A stretch of 62,270 nucleotides of DNA, counting the filler, from Rhabdomonas costata (taxonomy: Eukaryota), in the NCBI GenBank assembly GCA_019059605.1. It is 15 parts of 15 records of this genome, joined end to end, with 100 filler letters (N's around TTAATTAATTAA, not from the genome) between each part and the next. Parts side by side here need not be neighbours in the genome. Positions count along the whole stretch, not along the records: positions 8,334 to 12,417 come from JAHMHO010000381.1; positions 12,518 to 16,568 come from JAHMHO010000382.1; positions 16,669 to 20,720 come from JAHMHO010000383.1; positions 20,821 to 24,944 come from JAHMHO010000384.1; positions 25,045 to 29,096 come from JAHMHO010000385.1; 10 more parts are not named here. One strand, written 5' to 3'. The first letter of the stretch is position 1. Each line of letters opens with the position of its first letter. Position numbers and translations under genes: made by a program. Below the pieces are notes generated by a model. The model searched no databases. It saw only the letters and a program-made list of their open reading frames with translations, and was not told the DNA's origin. Below are positions 11,776 to 26,317 of the stretch, piece by piece.

Positions 11776-12517
11776 TTGAGTGGGAACACAAGTTGCTAGC
11801 CCGCTGTTGCGCTAATGACGCAGCATTATATTTGAGTGCACTGCGCTGCTCCGCACTGGCGGTTGGTTTTAAACGCTGGCAGCATCCTTGGCAAAGGGCT
11901 GGTACAGTGGATGTGTGTGAAAACGATGAATGGGTAGCCGCTCTTTGCTACACGGCACTGCTTCGTTGCCTCGATTGCTTTGGGGGTCAAATTCCTGGTT
12001 TCGTCGACTTTAGGGCCTGACAGCCCGCGGTATTTCGACTCGGCGACCTATTGTGACAGCAGGCAAAGTTTTTGGTTTTGACAGACTCAGCAAGCTCTGT
12101 CGCTTCAGACCCTACTATGTCGTGACCTCGGTGGAACGGTACGGATGAGACCCGTAATTAAAATACTTACGTATATAATTTGTTTTTGCGATACTTGTTT
12201 GTTTGTGCAAAATTTTGTGCAAAATTTAGGCCCGCCCTTTTCCTCAATTGAATTTCTCCACTACCTTCCTCAGGAGCTGCCTCTGAGAGAGGAGGGGGCC
12301 TCTGCGAACCCGGTAAGGAAATTTTGATGCTGCCTGCACGACATATTTCAGAAACTGAAAAGTGCGGGACCAAGTGACCCTTGAGCGGTAATCCCGCATT
12401 CAACACCGCAACAGCCGNNNNNNNNNNNNNNNNNNNNNNNNNNNNNNNNNNNNNNNNNNNNTTAATTAATTAANNNNNNNNNNNNNNNNNNNNNNNNNNN
12501 NNNNNNNNNNNNNNNNN

Positions 12518-15500
12518 GGTGGGTGGGGCAGCAGCAGGATGAGAAGAAGCCCCAAGCGCGGTGAAGGGCTGGAAGGCGGGCGTGGACTCGGCGCCTCCAG
12601 GAGTGAACGAGAAATGCGACGAGGACGAAGAGGAGGAGGAGGAGGAAGGACCGGGGTAAGCACCATCTGAAGGGCGGAAAAAACATACCCGTTCCTCGTG
12701 GCTCACAATAGGATTATGGGATCTCCATGAGAACACCCAGGCACATGACTTTGGATTGTTTGAGAATTTTACTCGTCGCTCATCATTCGGGAACACGAGT
12801 CCTGCTGGTCAACTTCTAACACTCCCTCTCCGACCCACTAAATACACAAAAGAAAAGACAGCACGTTTTGGGGGGCGGAAAAGAGTCCATCCTGTCCTCC
12901 CTCTGTTCAGTAACACCGTGACCCACCAAGGGCAGGCTTTTGCACATACAGCGTTATCGGCCGTGGAGAAAGTTTTTTTTGCCCAGCGTAAGACGTAAAG
13001 CGGAATGTGGACCACAGCGTTTGTCAGGAAGGGACTGCGAAAGAGCGATAACGGCTATTTTTTTTTAAGCTTACCAATATCAATGACGGTTCGTACAACG
13101 AAAAAAGGATAGGGTCGGGCGCGACATTAGTAGAAATCTTATGTCACGGGTTCAGATCCACCCCGCACCATCCAAACGACTCTCGCTTCTGCCTTTCCCT
13201 CGACCTTGCATCGCCTTCCAGACACCTACCCCTCCAGCAACCTACACAACCTGTTTTTTGTTTGATTAGGGTGCTAGGGACTTAGCTTCCTAATCAACGA
13301 CAATTACCAACAGGCATTGTGGGACCAAGGATAACCAAAACTCAGACATTGAACCCGTCCCAGAGTTCTGGAGGAGTTTATGTTTCGAATCTGGCTGAAC
13401 CCGAATAGTTGCCCTCAACTCCAAGAGAAAGAAGCTGTGGGGGAAGGAAGGGGACTGGGTCCCTGTCTGAGTTAAGGAAGAGAGAGGGAGAGGGAGAGGA
13501 CTGGACCGCACCCCTGCTCTGGACAGTGCAAGCACCGCCTCCACCGGCCGGGGGCTCGGGAAGGATTTCCATGTCGTCGGTTTCCGTCTCCGAGGCTGCA
13601 GAGGCCGCAAGGAGGGCCCCGGGCATGGGCTGCGGCGGAGTCACCGCCGCTGAAGAGAAAAATAGAGAGGTGGATGCCTTTCTCCTTGCTGTTTGTTTCT
13701 TTTTATGGGGGGTCCGATGCGTCCTGTCTTTCCAAGTTTTGCAGTTTTGGGCATCCACGTTAAAGGCTGTTTCCGACACGGCACAGCGCAGCACAGCACG
13801 CAGAGAGAATTAAAACACATTGCAATGCAATCTTAGTAATCCTACCCTCCCTGCCTCCGAAATGAAGGCTCGTCTGATGGGCGGGTCTATGTGGGCGGCA
13901 AAGAAAAGTTCTTCCACGCATGTAATGTGAAAAATATAGCGGATGACTGGTGGCGATGGGAGCACTGCGAAATCCCGCTCCCCCCCCCACACACACACAC
14001 AGACAATCTCCATACGTGTATGCCGATCATCTGTGTCGGCGTACAAACAATCGCATTCTTCGCAAGCCTGCGAATACCCAAACAAAGGCACAGTGAAAAC
14101 GCCAGGGTACTCTACAGATCTACAGATTCCGGGGGCTGCTAGGACACGGCCAAACACCCAGGCGCAAACCTTTATATGCACATGCACGGAGAAAGAGCTG
14201 GCAGAGTGGGCGGGTGAGGTGGGAAAAAGCAATGCCTGCCGGGGTCGCAGTTGATGCCGGAAAAACGGCAGCGGCAGGAAGAGGGGAAGGTTCGGTCTGG
14301 GGTTGTTCCTCAAAAAGACCAATGATCTGGTTCCAGAAAAAAAAAGAGAAATGAGAGAGAAATGAGAGAAAAGCTTCGCTCGAGCTGAAAACTCGACATC
14401 CGCACAAGAGCCAGGTGATGATTCAGACAGAATTTCTCTTTCCATGTTTTCATTCACGACTGGTTCCATCAATCCTCTTTTCTTCTCTCTGTCCCAAGCC
14501 CACATGGGTGGCTGCAGCTCAAGCATGATAAGTGTTGATTTTCCGAAAGAAAAATCGTTTGCTGAAGTGGGCTAGGGGTTTCAGCAGTTAAAAAATCGGT
14601 TCAACTGCACAGTGTGATAAGCTTCTTGCTTCTGGCGAAAGGAGCCATCGGTGCCTTTCACGCTATCCTCACCACAACAAAATCAAATCCTGTTGTCCAC
14701 CTTTTCTTCTGCTGCTCGTAGACTTTTTTGTTTGGTACCCGTCAGCTCCCCCCTTCTCTGTGGTGAACGAAGTACTGATCATTTTGAACGCTGGCTAGAC
14801 ACCCACAGTCTTCCGGGGACGTACTTGTTGCTTTCTGGTATTCTAACGGGAGAAAATTGGGCCTGAAGGAAACTTCGAGTATTGGAGGAAGCTACTTTTG
14901 TTCACAACCATCTCTACAGGACAGGTCCCGATCTTCCCACTACTTTGGCAAAGGCCCATCCAGAATGCCAGTCCAAAGGGGCCGGATACAGTGGAAAGAG
15001 GAGGTGCGGGTGCTGCGACAGACCAGGTCGTACTCAGACACGGCCTTCCGCCCGTACCTCTCGGACTCGCGCTTGGTCAGCACGGAGGTCACCGCGAGGT
15101 ACCTCTGGGAGGCTATGTGCAGCTCCGCGTGGAACAGCCGCAGTGCCGCGGCCTCCGCGGCGGCAGCGGTGGCCAGCTCCACCAGAGCAACGATGCCCAC
15201 CCCTGTGGCAGTGGCGCAAGGGTTTAAGGCATGGTACAGGATCCAAAGCTCTGATGCAGGTTATGGCGATGACACATGGGATTCAAAAGAATGGGAGCTT
15301 TAGAGGATGTCTTGGGACGCGGAATCCGCTGCGACACGTGGTCCAAGATCCGAGAGTGCTGTTGTAATAGGGAAGTGTCATGCGTCCCGTATTCCAGGGG
15401 CTAGTTAACTACATCGAGGGTGGGGGGCAGTATAACTGATCATCGCCGAATATTTAGAATCACTGCACTGCGGAAGTGTGTATTTTCAGGCGTGTGGATG

Positions 15501-16384
15501 GAAATACTTTTTCCATAGCGACAAAAATTTTGGTATGGCCTTATGTTGGCAGTGGGCGGGGAAGTTTCACAAGTTGGTGAAACTTTTGTGAGTAAGTGGT
15601 TGGGTGAGTGAACGTGTGCTCAAATCGCTACACCTGAGACCTCGTCCTCTCCTCCGTTCACGCCGTTTTCGGCTTTGGTGTTGGTGCGTGGTGTGGTTCG
15701 GTGGACCTCTTGAATCTCGCTCCGTCCTCCCATGGAATGATCAACCCGGACAAAGAGTCGCTTGAGATGAAATCCGCGGATGATGGCTGAAGCGGACCCC
15801 TTTTGATCTGCGTGTGTGCAGCGCACGGCACGCTGGCTGACGTGGAGTCGATGTTTTGGTTCTAGTGCTCACCTGTCTTCTGTGTTTATGATTCAGGTTT
15901 GTGGATGCGTAAGTGTCAGTGAACTGATGAGTGCGCATGCGACTTATTTAAGCAAGAGGCAGTGGATGAAATGACCCAAGGCTTATCGTAAAAGTGATTG
16001 AAAAATAAAAACTTGCCTTAACGGTTGGATCCCACCACCCCACCCCTTGAAAAAGTGTTTCACGGCACGCACGAAACACCGCTGTGAGCCTTACCTTGAG
16101 ACGTTAATGGTGTTACCATATGCAGTCGCGAAAAAAGAGCAGGAAAGCAGAGGAAGGGCACGGCCCCCAGCTACACCGCTGTGGTGAGGGAGGATCTCCA
16201 CATTGCGGACCTCCCCGAAGTGGGCAAAGAAGAGCCCGCTGAGCTCCTGCTCCTGGGCCCCCTCCGGGAGGTCCTCCAGCACCACCGTGCACTCCGGGGT
16301 GCGGGGCGGGGCCAGAACCAGGAACTGCTCCCGAAGCCGCCGCAGCTCCTCACGAAGGGCGTGTGCCTTCTGCACGGCACTCAT
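12518..16384 (-). CDS. RRM-domain protein with low-complexity S/P/A-rich continuation, 3' partial
   Basis: Exon 1 (16384-16177) reads MSAVQKAH...TVVLEDLPEGAQEQELSGLFFAHFGEVRNVEIL. It joins in phase 1 to an exon starting at 15202 (GVGIVALVELATAAAAEAAALRLF), completing an RRM fold. Further candidate exons lie near 14240-14330, 13500-13650 and 12518-12666. Confidence 0.6.
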
Positions 16385-16916
16385 TGCGCAGCACAGGCAC
16401 AAGGTTCCAAAAAGAGCAGAACGAAAACTGCGACTTAGAAACAGAAAAAAGGCAGGGACCACAAAATGTTTATGATGTTCACACCAATATTTTTATCATT
16501 TTTATTATGCAAGCCGAGATGAAAGAATTGAATGTAGCAATCAAACGCAGCACGTACCACCAAACACCNNNNNNNNNNNNNNNNNNNNNNNNNNNNNNNN
16601 NNNNNNNNNNNNTTAATTAATTAANNNNNNNNNNNNNNNNNNNNNNNNNNNNNNNNNNNNNNNNNNNNGTTGGTCCCTGGGTTTTCTCTGCAGAATTGCA
16701 GAATTGCTATTAGAAGGAAAGTTTCACTCCAAAACTCAGAACAACCCATATGACTTCCGGGACGGGTGCATGTGCACGGCATTCGGCTGATGGTGGTCCT
16801 TTGGTTGTTTTTAGAACAAAGCCATTCCTAATAAGTACATAATATCATCTTTGTGAGCTTGCAGTGCACCTACGTGGACATGTTATGACGAGCACCTGTG
16901 TTCGTTTCTCGCCCAG

Positions 16917-19900
16917 GCGATCGGTTTACGAACGTGGCTGGTGCGCTGCCTTGATACCGAGTGCTCCCTTTGGATAGTTGGCGCGGTTCTTGAGGAGCTG
17001 CCCAATGATCAGACTCGCGCGGAAGTTGCTCCGGGGCACATGTACATCCTCACCGAGGCTCGCGAGGTAGCCTGCCTCCGCAAACAAATTGTGGGTCGGG
17101 ATTGGCTTTCTGCTGAAAGCTTTGAGATTGATTTTCGCCACTCTTCGGTCGCGTGTCATCCAAGGATACAAGAATGCTCGCAGCTGAAGATTTGGATCAC
17201 GTAACCTGGAACTGCGCTGCTATGTTTGTGTAAATCCTCAATTGAACGTTGAACGAGCTTGTAGCAATTCAAAATAGCGTTGCGATAATTCTGTATAATC
17301 CCCACGCGGACACCCACCTCAGGTTGAAGGTCAGCTTTTGATCAAGGTAGTGGACCCCTGGGCCCTCACCCCATGGACTGGTCAGTGGAATTGCTCTTCT
17401 GCAAAGTGGCCGGGTGTTCTTCGCCGGCTCTTGGGACTCCGTTCACGAGGGACCACAGGTTCCCAGGTCGGCGCATCTGAATTCTGGGCAACTCTGAGCG
17501 AGCTCTGCGCCGCTTTCAGCCGGCTTGTGTTGTGTCGGGTTCCCACCCCCAGGTGTGGGGACCCCCAGGGGTTTCGACGTGCCGTAGCGGAGGGGCAAGC
17601 GGATGAGCCCACCTGGTGGGGGGCTTCCCCTGTTCCCAGTTCTTGGCTGCGCGCTGGGGAGCTTCCAGGAGCCGGGGCTGTGCTGCGGTGCCGGACCGGG
17701 TGGCAGGGTGACGGGGAGATGCTGGTCTTCGGACAGCCTGCCAAGTGCGTACAGGTATGCAGCTGTGTCCGGGCGCAATCCCATGCGAAGAAATGCAACT
17801 GATAATGTCATTGCTACTTCCCCCACTTCCCCCCATCCCCCAAGCCGCGCGAACACCTATTTTTATGGTTCCCAGCTTTCTGCACCTTTGTCTGCAAGTA
17901 CTTAAGACTGTCCTCCTGCACTCTGCTCCCTCAGTGCTGTGGCGTTTTCGCCTTGAAACACCCTTGAAAAAAAGGTCTCTGAACTGATCTATTTTTAAGA
18001 AAACATTTTTTATTTTTTCTGTTGGCATTTGATCGGTACTGTGTCACAACAGTTCAGGTAACGCAGACACAAAGGGCCCACCAGGTCGCAAAAGGTTGGA
18101 AGGAATGGTTTTTCAACGGAACCAGACGGTTGTTTTGGTGTTTGCTCATGTGTTTTCTTGAACATCGTGTGGTGTGTGGGGTCTCTTCACTCGCAATGTC
18201 CTGTGCCTTCGTAATTTTTAATGGCCATTGCTTTCCCCGTCCCGTTTTCATGGGTTTACGCTCAATTCTTATCCCTCTTTTGCACAGTCGCCATTGCTTC
18301 TGTTTGAGACTGGGGTGGAATTTTACATGCTTTGAGTGGCCTCTTGGCGCTACTGCGCACTCTTCCTGCTTATTTTGCTGGTTTTCGGAAGGTCGGATTT
18401 AATTCTTTTTTCATTCGAAGTTGTTTTGTTTTAGTTCACCATTGAGATTCCTGAGGCAGCGGAAACCACTGCACTTTCCTCCTCGAGGCCCCAATGTGGC
18501 GATCCCTGCTGTCGGCTGATGGTGACACTGTCTTTGGGCGGCCGCTCCGATATCAACAACGACCTGTGTGAGAAAGCCGTTGCCGACCCTGGCAGACCCT
18601 CGGTGTGGCTCTTCCTTGTCCAGTCCGGAAGGCTTTCCTGCGGTTCGCTGTGTGACCCGCAGTGGGCTGCAGCGATCTTCTCACCTGCTCCGCGCAGCCG
18701 GTCTTCCGAGTGTGTTGCCATGGACCTAGCTGGGGAAGTGCTCAGCGAGGCCGTGTGTGTGGGTGTGACGCGGCCGGGAAGTCATAGGCTGACCCTGGAC
18801 TGCGAGCTTCCGCTGCCATCCTTCGTGGCAGGAAGATACCTCGTTGTGGCCCTTTGGGCGGCACCGGAAGCTCCTCAGTGCCGGCCCTTGCCTCCATCTG
18901 CCTCTGGGTTACCATCATCTGCCAGGTTTACGCTGAGTGTGCTGTGTTCAGACCCAGGTCGATCCTTGGGAAGGCTGAGGAAGCTCAAGCCACCCACTCG
19001 GGCCACTGTCCAGGGAACCTTCTCAGGTTGTTGTGCACGTCAATTCGTCTGGACTGTTCGAACACACACAAGTTTGAGCACATGATGGGTTTCCTGACTA
19101 TCACACTTGACATCATTATTATCATCGATTAAGCGTCAACAAATGGCCTTGTTTATGCTTGCGTGAGTCAGCTCGCAAGTTGCCGAATCCCGCACAACCC
19201 ATGTGATCGAGGCGTCCGTTGCTTGGGGGTATACTGCTCTTTCGTTGTGAAGCACTGACTGGTTTGGTGAAGACCTGACCGTTGGGGTTTGCCATAGGAT
19301 GTCCTTCGGAGGTTTTTACGCAGTGTCCCGAGCTGGTGGGTTTGTACCCGCAATTCACCCTTGGGTGTACCACGTCTTCCACGAGGGCGTTATCCGCTGT
19401 TGCCCTTTTGTTGACCTCACAGGTGCGCAAGCCACATCGCCGTGTCCTTTGTGTCCAATCATCTTCTGCCCTGCGCATGTACAGATTGTACGTCGGTGCA
19501 CTTGTGCAGATGTTTTGTTGTTCTGTTCCGGACCGAATTCGATCTCCTCGCAGGATGCTTTGCTAAGTAGGTCCTAAGCACATTGTCTCTGTCGTCGTTT
19601 CTGCTGTCTTTCTCCCTTCTCTTGAAGGCGCATTTAGCCCATGAAAAGACTGAATGGCAAAGACATACCTTACTACCTTACTATTGTTACCCCAGATTTT
19701 TCAGTTTTTCGTACCTCTGGGACACAGGTGAGCACCCGGCCCTCTTCGGAGTCGAGGCCGGGATTTCCGTCGGCTTCCCAGCCCCGTGGACCTTTAAGCT
19801 TGGGCATAGTAGTGGTGAAGGGAGCTGGCCTGCGGCGGGTGCTGAGCCTGAGCCAGTACAAGTTAATAGCCCATGCTGGGTTTGACCGCAGCAGCGCCTC

Positions 19901-20137
19901 CTCGAAGCAGGTAATGTTGAGACTATTCGATTGCGGGGGGCGATACCTTTGCTATCATTGAGAGGATGCAGAATCCGGGGGGCATTCACCTTGGCCGGTG
20001 GTGTGTTTGCTCAGGTGGGCTGCGCATTTTCGATGGAGCATGACTATTTGCGACGAGGGCTGCTCTACACTGTCATTGCCATTCCTTTGGTACGTGCATC
20101 CCCCAACACACAATGCGCCCACCATCTGCCTCTGTAG
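16917..20137 (+). CDS. Calpain-like protein (C-terminal part of CysPc domain plus calpain domain-III-like regions), partial
   Basis: GHMYILTEARE ~ GHAYSV; VVDPW...WTGQWNCSSAKW ~ LRNPWG..EWxGxWSD; EFWATLSELCAAFSRLVLCR ~ EFWMSFxDFxxxFxxLEIC; GRYLVVAL...FTLSVLC ~ domain III. Confidence 0.62.
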
Positions 20138-21311
20138 CGGTAGGTGAGGCTTGCCGCAGTGGGAGGATTTAGTGAGAGATTGAAGTCGTCGAAGTTGGAT
20201 GAACCTTCTATCCTGTTCGATGGACCGATTTCTGCGCTCACCACCAGAAATGGGGGTGGAAGCTGTTGCATTCAGAGGTTTTATCAGAGAAGCTGCAGCA
20301 GAGCAGCTCAAACCTTTCTGAGGGTTGAGTTAGGGCTGAGCACGCACAGATGAGCAGTGGTCGGGGGTGACACATAGAAGAGTCGACAAGCTGAGCACGC
20401 TTTCTATTTTCTCGGAAGCACAACGGGACGCCTTTTTTCATTCTGGTTTCTGCTCCTTCCCGCCTCCGCGCTGTCCCATAGGATCCACACACGGGAGACT
20501 CGTTCACAATCGCTGCGATGGCGGACAGTCCAGGGCTGAAGCTGCAGCCGATTGGTGGGGAGTACGACTGGTCCTTTTGCAGGGTGAAACTTTTTTTCAC
20601 TTGTGGTTCGGAAGAGCAGTGCACGTGATCCAAATCTTCAGCTGCGAGCATTCTTGTATCCTGGGATGACACGCGACCGAAGAGTGGCGAAAATCAATCT
20701 CAAAGCTTTCAACAAAAACCNNNNNNNNNNNNNNNNNNNNNNNNNNNNNNNNNNNNNNNNNNNNTTAATTAATTAANNNNNNNNNNNNNNNNNNNNNNNN
20801 NNNNNNNNNNNNNNNNNNNNTTGTGGTGGTTATAACAAATTGTTGGCAGAGTACCAGAGGGCTAATCGACGCAGGTTTGGGGTCTTTTGTGGACACAGCA
20901 GGCCTGCGTGGCGGTCAGCTGTGCAACTCACCGAAATGCTTCTTTTTTGTATCAATATGAAGCAGTTCGATAATGTTCGTGTCCACCCACCAGAAAAAAA
21001 GATGAGAAAATGATTCATTAAGACCAAGCTCAAATTTTTTTTTAACGAAATGACCAGTGCAGAGTCTCTCTCTTCAATCTTTCACTTCACACAAACTTTT
21101 TTTTTACCTTCGCGGTATTGACAGGCGTGGGTTCTCCGCTGAAATCGTTTGGAACAAAAAAATGGCAACACAACACGTCACGGCAATTTTAAAAAGTTTT
21201 GAATGGAAATTGCATGTACCATGTACAAAAGGTAAAAAGACAGAGAGTATGGAATTCCACAGATCGTTGCATCTCAGCTCTTTGCTTGTGACAGTTCTTG
21301 ATAACCCAAGA

Positions 21312-21572
21312 TCACAGGCTTTTAGCCGTACAGTGGGCACAGTGGGTACAGTGGACCCTGGCAGAGTGTTTGTTTTTCTCCACCTGCCTTGGACGCTCTT
21401 CGTCGGGTTCTTTGCTACTATGGGGTGGAGGTCGACTTTTTGAGAGATGCTTCGCATCTGAAATCGGAGGAATGGGTCGGGTTCTGGGTGCGAGGTTTGG
21501 GATCACGCGATGATGGATGCACTGGGGCTGTGGTTGAGGTGGGGGTTGTGTGCGAGATTATGAGAGAAGTTG

Positions 21573-21613
<41 letters not shown>

Positions 21614-24206
21614 GCGAGTCTTAGGAGAGAGCGTTCCCCGTAGTCGCCCTAGCACTTTGTGGTACTTGCCCTTTGCCAGTGGCCTGGTCGGGGATTGGTT
21701 ACCCTTCTCCTCGTCTTCCTCGCTTTCTCCCGGTGCTCCTCGATTTCTGAGTCAATGTCTGCGAAGGAGTGTAATCCCTTGAGGGAGATCTGGGAGGGTC
21801 CGTCACATTTGCAGTGCCTCGTGAAATGCAAATGCACACTGTTGAAATTGAAAAAAATGCTTGAACGCGCATCCAGGGTTGGGGCAATCAGTGAGAGAGT
21901 GAGAGAGAGCGAATAACTTGCACGGCATACATTGATAGACTTCCGTCTTCAAGGTTCGGTGCAGGGCTGTGCGACCACGCGCAACTTCCTCCGCTTGTGT
22001 CTGAGGAAGGAAGGAAGGAAGGAAGGCAGGAAGAAAGGAGGTGTGCGAAATGTCAAACCAAAAACAACCTGTCACCGTTGTTTTTCTCAAGCCCGCAAGC
22101 GAGCGTTCGAAACGGGAAGACAGCAATCTGAAGTTACAAGGCAAGGTGGCTGTATGAAGGCGGGTGTTGCACAGTGAGGAACTCTAATATTATATGGCTC
22201 TCTTGAACTCTCTTGAACCTGTTCAGTGGGAACCGCGTCTCCGGCGCGTTCCACCCTGTGGGAAAAAAGAAACCCCCCACAATGGTCCGAAACCACGCTG
22301 CTTTCTCGGGCAGCCGTTAACAACCAATAACAGCCTGGTACATGCTGGGGGACCATTGTGTTTGCGTTTCGGGGCAGCACACTCCCCCGCAAACCGACCC
22401 CAAAGTACAGCCGAGAGGAAAGCACACAGCATACGAGTCCACCACAGACGCGGCGTCCCCCTTGATGGCGTCCGCGGCGGCGGCGGCGTCGAGCTTCTCC
22501 TTCCTCAGCTCCGTGGGGTACGTCTCCTCGTGGTCCTCCAGCATGGGAAGAAAAACGTTCATCATCAGCTGCTGCATCCTTTGGGGGACAAGCAGACCCG
22601 AGAATGCATTCGCTCGTTGAGTTCCAAAACGCGCTTGCGCGTGCCCTTCACATCACCCAACAAGAGAAACTTACACTTCGCAACCACCCTTAAAACCATT
22701 GCACATGAAAAGGACGCCGTGTGGAACGGATTTGAGAGGGTGTCCTTATACGATTGCTGACCTGTTACAACTAAACTCTCAATTTTGGCATACGTGTTGA
22801 GAGTGGGGGCGTCCAGCTTGCCAAACTCCATCGCCTTATCGATGACATCCGCACCTGACCAAGTTGCGAATAAATTGAGCGACAGGTGCTGACCAGCCTT
22901 GGATGAATTTTGAGTTTTGCAGAAAATGAAGTGGTGACTCTCATACAGTTCTCGTCTGTAACGGCAGTGAGCGCGTGCTTCAGGAAGAACACACAGGAGA
23001 CGTTCTCCATCGTCAACACAACGTCTGAAAAAGAAGAAAAGACATTCCTGTGAGGCAGAATAGATCCAGCAGTTGATCTCAACCACCCAACTGCCTGCTC
23101 TGCACTTTGCTTCAACAGCTTCTACTGCCAAGGATCACATGTCGAATGAGATGTGCGTGTAACAATGTGCAACAGTGATAGATTTTTCGTGAATTCTTCT
23201 TGGGAGGGGGGGGGTCTGCGCGGCAAAACTTTTGGTGGAGCAATCTACATTCTGAGTGATGCCGAACCACGATGCTAACATGACAACTCTACAACGCACC
23301 ACGTGTTTTTAAATGCCTGAGTTATGAAAACAAAACCCACCTATGATGCCGTCCGGTATCAAATTAGATCGGAAAATTAAGGCAAGATGCCCTTTGCACG
23401 CTAACGGGTAAAAACTTACCCCGTCCAATATCCTAGCCATCTTTGGTACTTGCGGGGCCTTTTCTTTCCTTTCTTGTCCCGCATTTTCAATACATTTTCA
23501 CCACAGATGTTTTCCATCTAAAACTTTCCCCTCCCAGTGGATTCGCGGTGGAAGAAAGAAGCAAAAAGTTCCAGCTTTAATGCGGAAGACACTTCAACCA
23601 CAGAATAAAGCTTGTGACGCACCAGGAACGTGCTTGAAGGTCAGGTTCAGACGCTGGTGTCGCGTTCTTCGGGTGGCAGGAAGGCGGGTCGAAGGCTTTC
23701 CAGCCATTTTTCCAGCCTTCTTTGCAGCAGCCTAAGAAAAGCACAAAAGCTCTTGGTTGCACGGTAACAGAGAACGCAAACCAGACAGTATCCGTGGAAA
23801 GAAGCACCACACGCGCCTAAAGTGCACACAGCGACACACCTCATCCCCATAAGACTCCCGGCGAGGCCAGCTGTCGTCATCCTCGGCCACCAAGTCCCCG
23901 GCAGAAAGGTAGAAAACACAAACTCGCTCCTGGGAAAAAATCGAATCCCGGGGGTGACTTGTCACCAACGCATCTAATGAAGCTTCGATGAAAAAACAAC
24001 ACCTTGGTGGTGTCAGCGAACAAGTCCTTCAGCTGCTCGCCGAGACCATCACGCTCCAGACAGAGTCGAAAAGAAACTTCATCAACGGTGGGAGCGCAGC
24101 ACTTCAGCCGAGTAAATAACCATTTGAATCTAGGATCATCCTGAGAAGCAAAGAACCAGAGAGAAAGCCGACAAAACCGAAACTTGGCACAGACAGACGC
24201 CGACAT
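21312..24206 (-). CDS. Probable axonemal dynein heavy chain N-terminus (DNAH10/inner-arm-like), 3' partial
   Basis: Exons DDPRFKWLFTRLK...SFRLCLERDGLGEQLKDLF, KAMEFGKLDAPTL and MQQLMMNVFLPML resemble the extreme N-terminus of DNAH10-type chains. No motor domain is present to confirm this. Confidence 0.45.
21575..21612 (+). repeat. (GA)19 microsatellite
   Basis: Read directly from the sequence. Confidence 0.95.
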
Positions 24207-26317
24207 TCCATGCGAATTCTAATAGCGAATATTTTCCTGCGAATTTGTTAGAAAACCACCTTCCAGAAGGGACCAAGGCGTATTTCCAGCAAGAAGACAG
24301 GTTTTGCCGAGATTATCATTCAGCAATAGAGGAAACCGGAGCCAGAACGCTCAATGCAAGGTCAAGGTCAAGAAGAGGCGACCACATGCTAACAATGAAA
24401 CGAACACTGAAGGTAGCAGTGCAGACGAGGGCACTGTGCTGGGGACACAAAGGAGCTTCATTATTATTGACCCAAAACACCCAGTACAAAACACCAATTA
24501 ACTTGAATTCACTCCACGCGTCACAGCAACAGATTCGCACCGTTTCAAGGCATGAGTGACGCCACAGCACGAAAAAACGAGGCACAGAAGTTTTTGACTC
24601 AGGAAACCTCAGGTAACCTGATGAAAGCAACCAAAATGCCCTACTATTAAGGCAACCGAGACCCCCGGGTGTTTAGGCAGAATGACTGCACCCCAATACC
24701 CGTTCAAAAGGTGGCACAGTTAAAGGGAGCCCATTCCTCGTCTCCCCTGGAATGAGTTCTTTTCGGTCATTGGGAATCCAAGAGTTTGCCTCATGTAGAC
24801 TCCCTGTACTCCTGCATTCCTTTCACCCTGACTCATAGAACAAGTCTACAGAGATTAATCAAAAGTGAGTTCAATATCTTGCACATTAAAAAAAATTAGA
24901 TTTGAACCATAAAAGTGAACGTTTCAATTGGAGAAACCAAAACANNNNNNNNNNNNNNNNNNNNNNNNNNNNNNNNNNNNNNNNNNNNTTAATTAATTAA
25001 NNNNNNNNNNNNNNNNNNNNNNNNNNNNNNNNNNNNNNNNNNNNGGTGTTTGGTGGTTTCAAATTGGACACATCATCCTTTCGCTGGGTAGGTGGGAAGC
25101 TCAAAGAAAACGCCACAAAGGGTGCTTGGGGGCAAATTCAAGCATAAGTGCATTTATGCACCCCCCCTCCCTATCAAGTGCATTTATGAGCCCATAAATG
25201 CACTAGCGCCCAAATTCACAATAGTAGGGAACAGCGGAACAGTGGGTCCCGCGTTTTCTCGCGATCCTGAAAGCCCTGACTGCGTCGTGACCTTCACTGT
25301 CAAGAAGACCGCTTCAGGTTCATGAGCAGTGCAAGCCAACTCAGAAACGTCCACTCAGAACAATCCTGTGTTGCTGGGTGAATGTCTCCACACCTTCGGA
25401 ACTCACGAGGTGCAAGGTATGGGGGCCGAGACGGCGGCTTCACAGCTGCAACCATCCCTGCAGGGAGAATGAGTGAGGCATGTGGGGCCCCGACAGTGGT
25501 TAAAAAAAGGAAATGACCGGGTTAAAGGAGGGGAGGGAAAGCGAAATTCATTTACACAGCAGCGGGCAGGTGGTGGATGACCAGGATTTATGGAAGGAGT
25601 GATCCTCCACCTTTGTGGATATTAGATTAACACCTTTTTTGTTCAGGTTACAGTCTTTTTTCACAGCATTGTCATTAAACAGGTTTTTTGGCTACCCTTT
25701 CGGTCCTACGCAGAGGTAGAGCGCTTGCATACCCACAACAGCCCATAGGCGCACCCACCCGCCCAACCCCATACATACACACGCGCTCATTCACTCACCT
25801 ATATAATCTCGCAGATACCTTTCTCCTCCCTCCCCTCACACGCACATATTTTCCTTTGTACCCTCCCACTACCCCTTTCCTGTTTCAACCACATTGGGTT
25901 TCCTTTTCTTCTAGTAAAGTAAAGTCTGTATGTTTGATGCTGAAGTGCAAGACCTTTTGTGCCGCCCAAAGAAGGGCAGATGAGGTTTCTGGGCTTTGCT
26001 TTTACGAAAAAAAAACACCTAAACCTCAAAATTAAGAAACGGTGAGAGACAGGGAGCGTTTGCCCGAAGGAGAGGATTCCGTGCATCCAGCTGCATTCCT
26101 TGTGCCTTTGTGAGGGAATCATGAATCTTCTTCGTTTTGAGTGACAAGTAAAAATTTGATTAAAATAAAAACAAAGGTTCCAGAAGCTCCAGGGGCGGCC
26201 ACAGCTCTGGTGGACTCCTTGCTGAAACCCCGATTGCACTTTTTATAGGTATAAACCAGGTCCTCAGATGACAATCAGAGCCGAACAAATTGGGGTGAGG
26301 GAGAGGGGACGAGAAGG

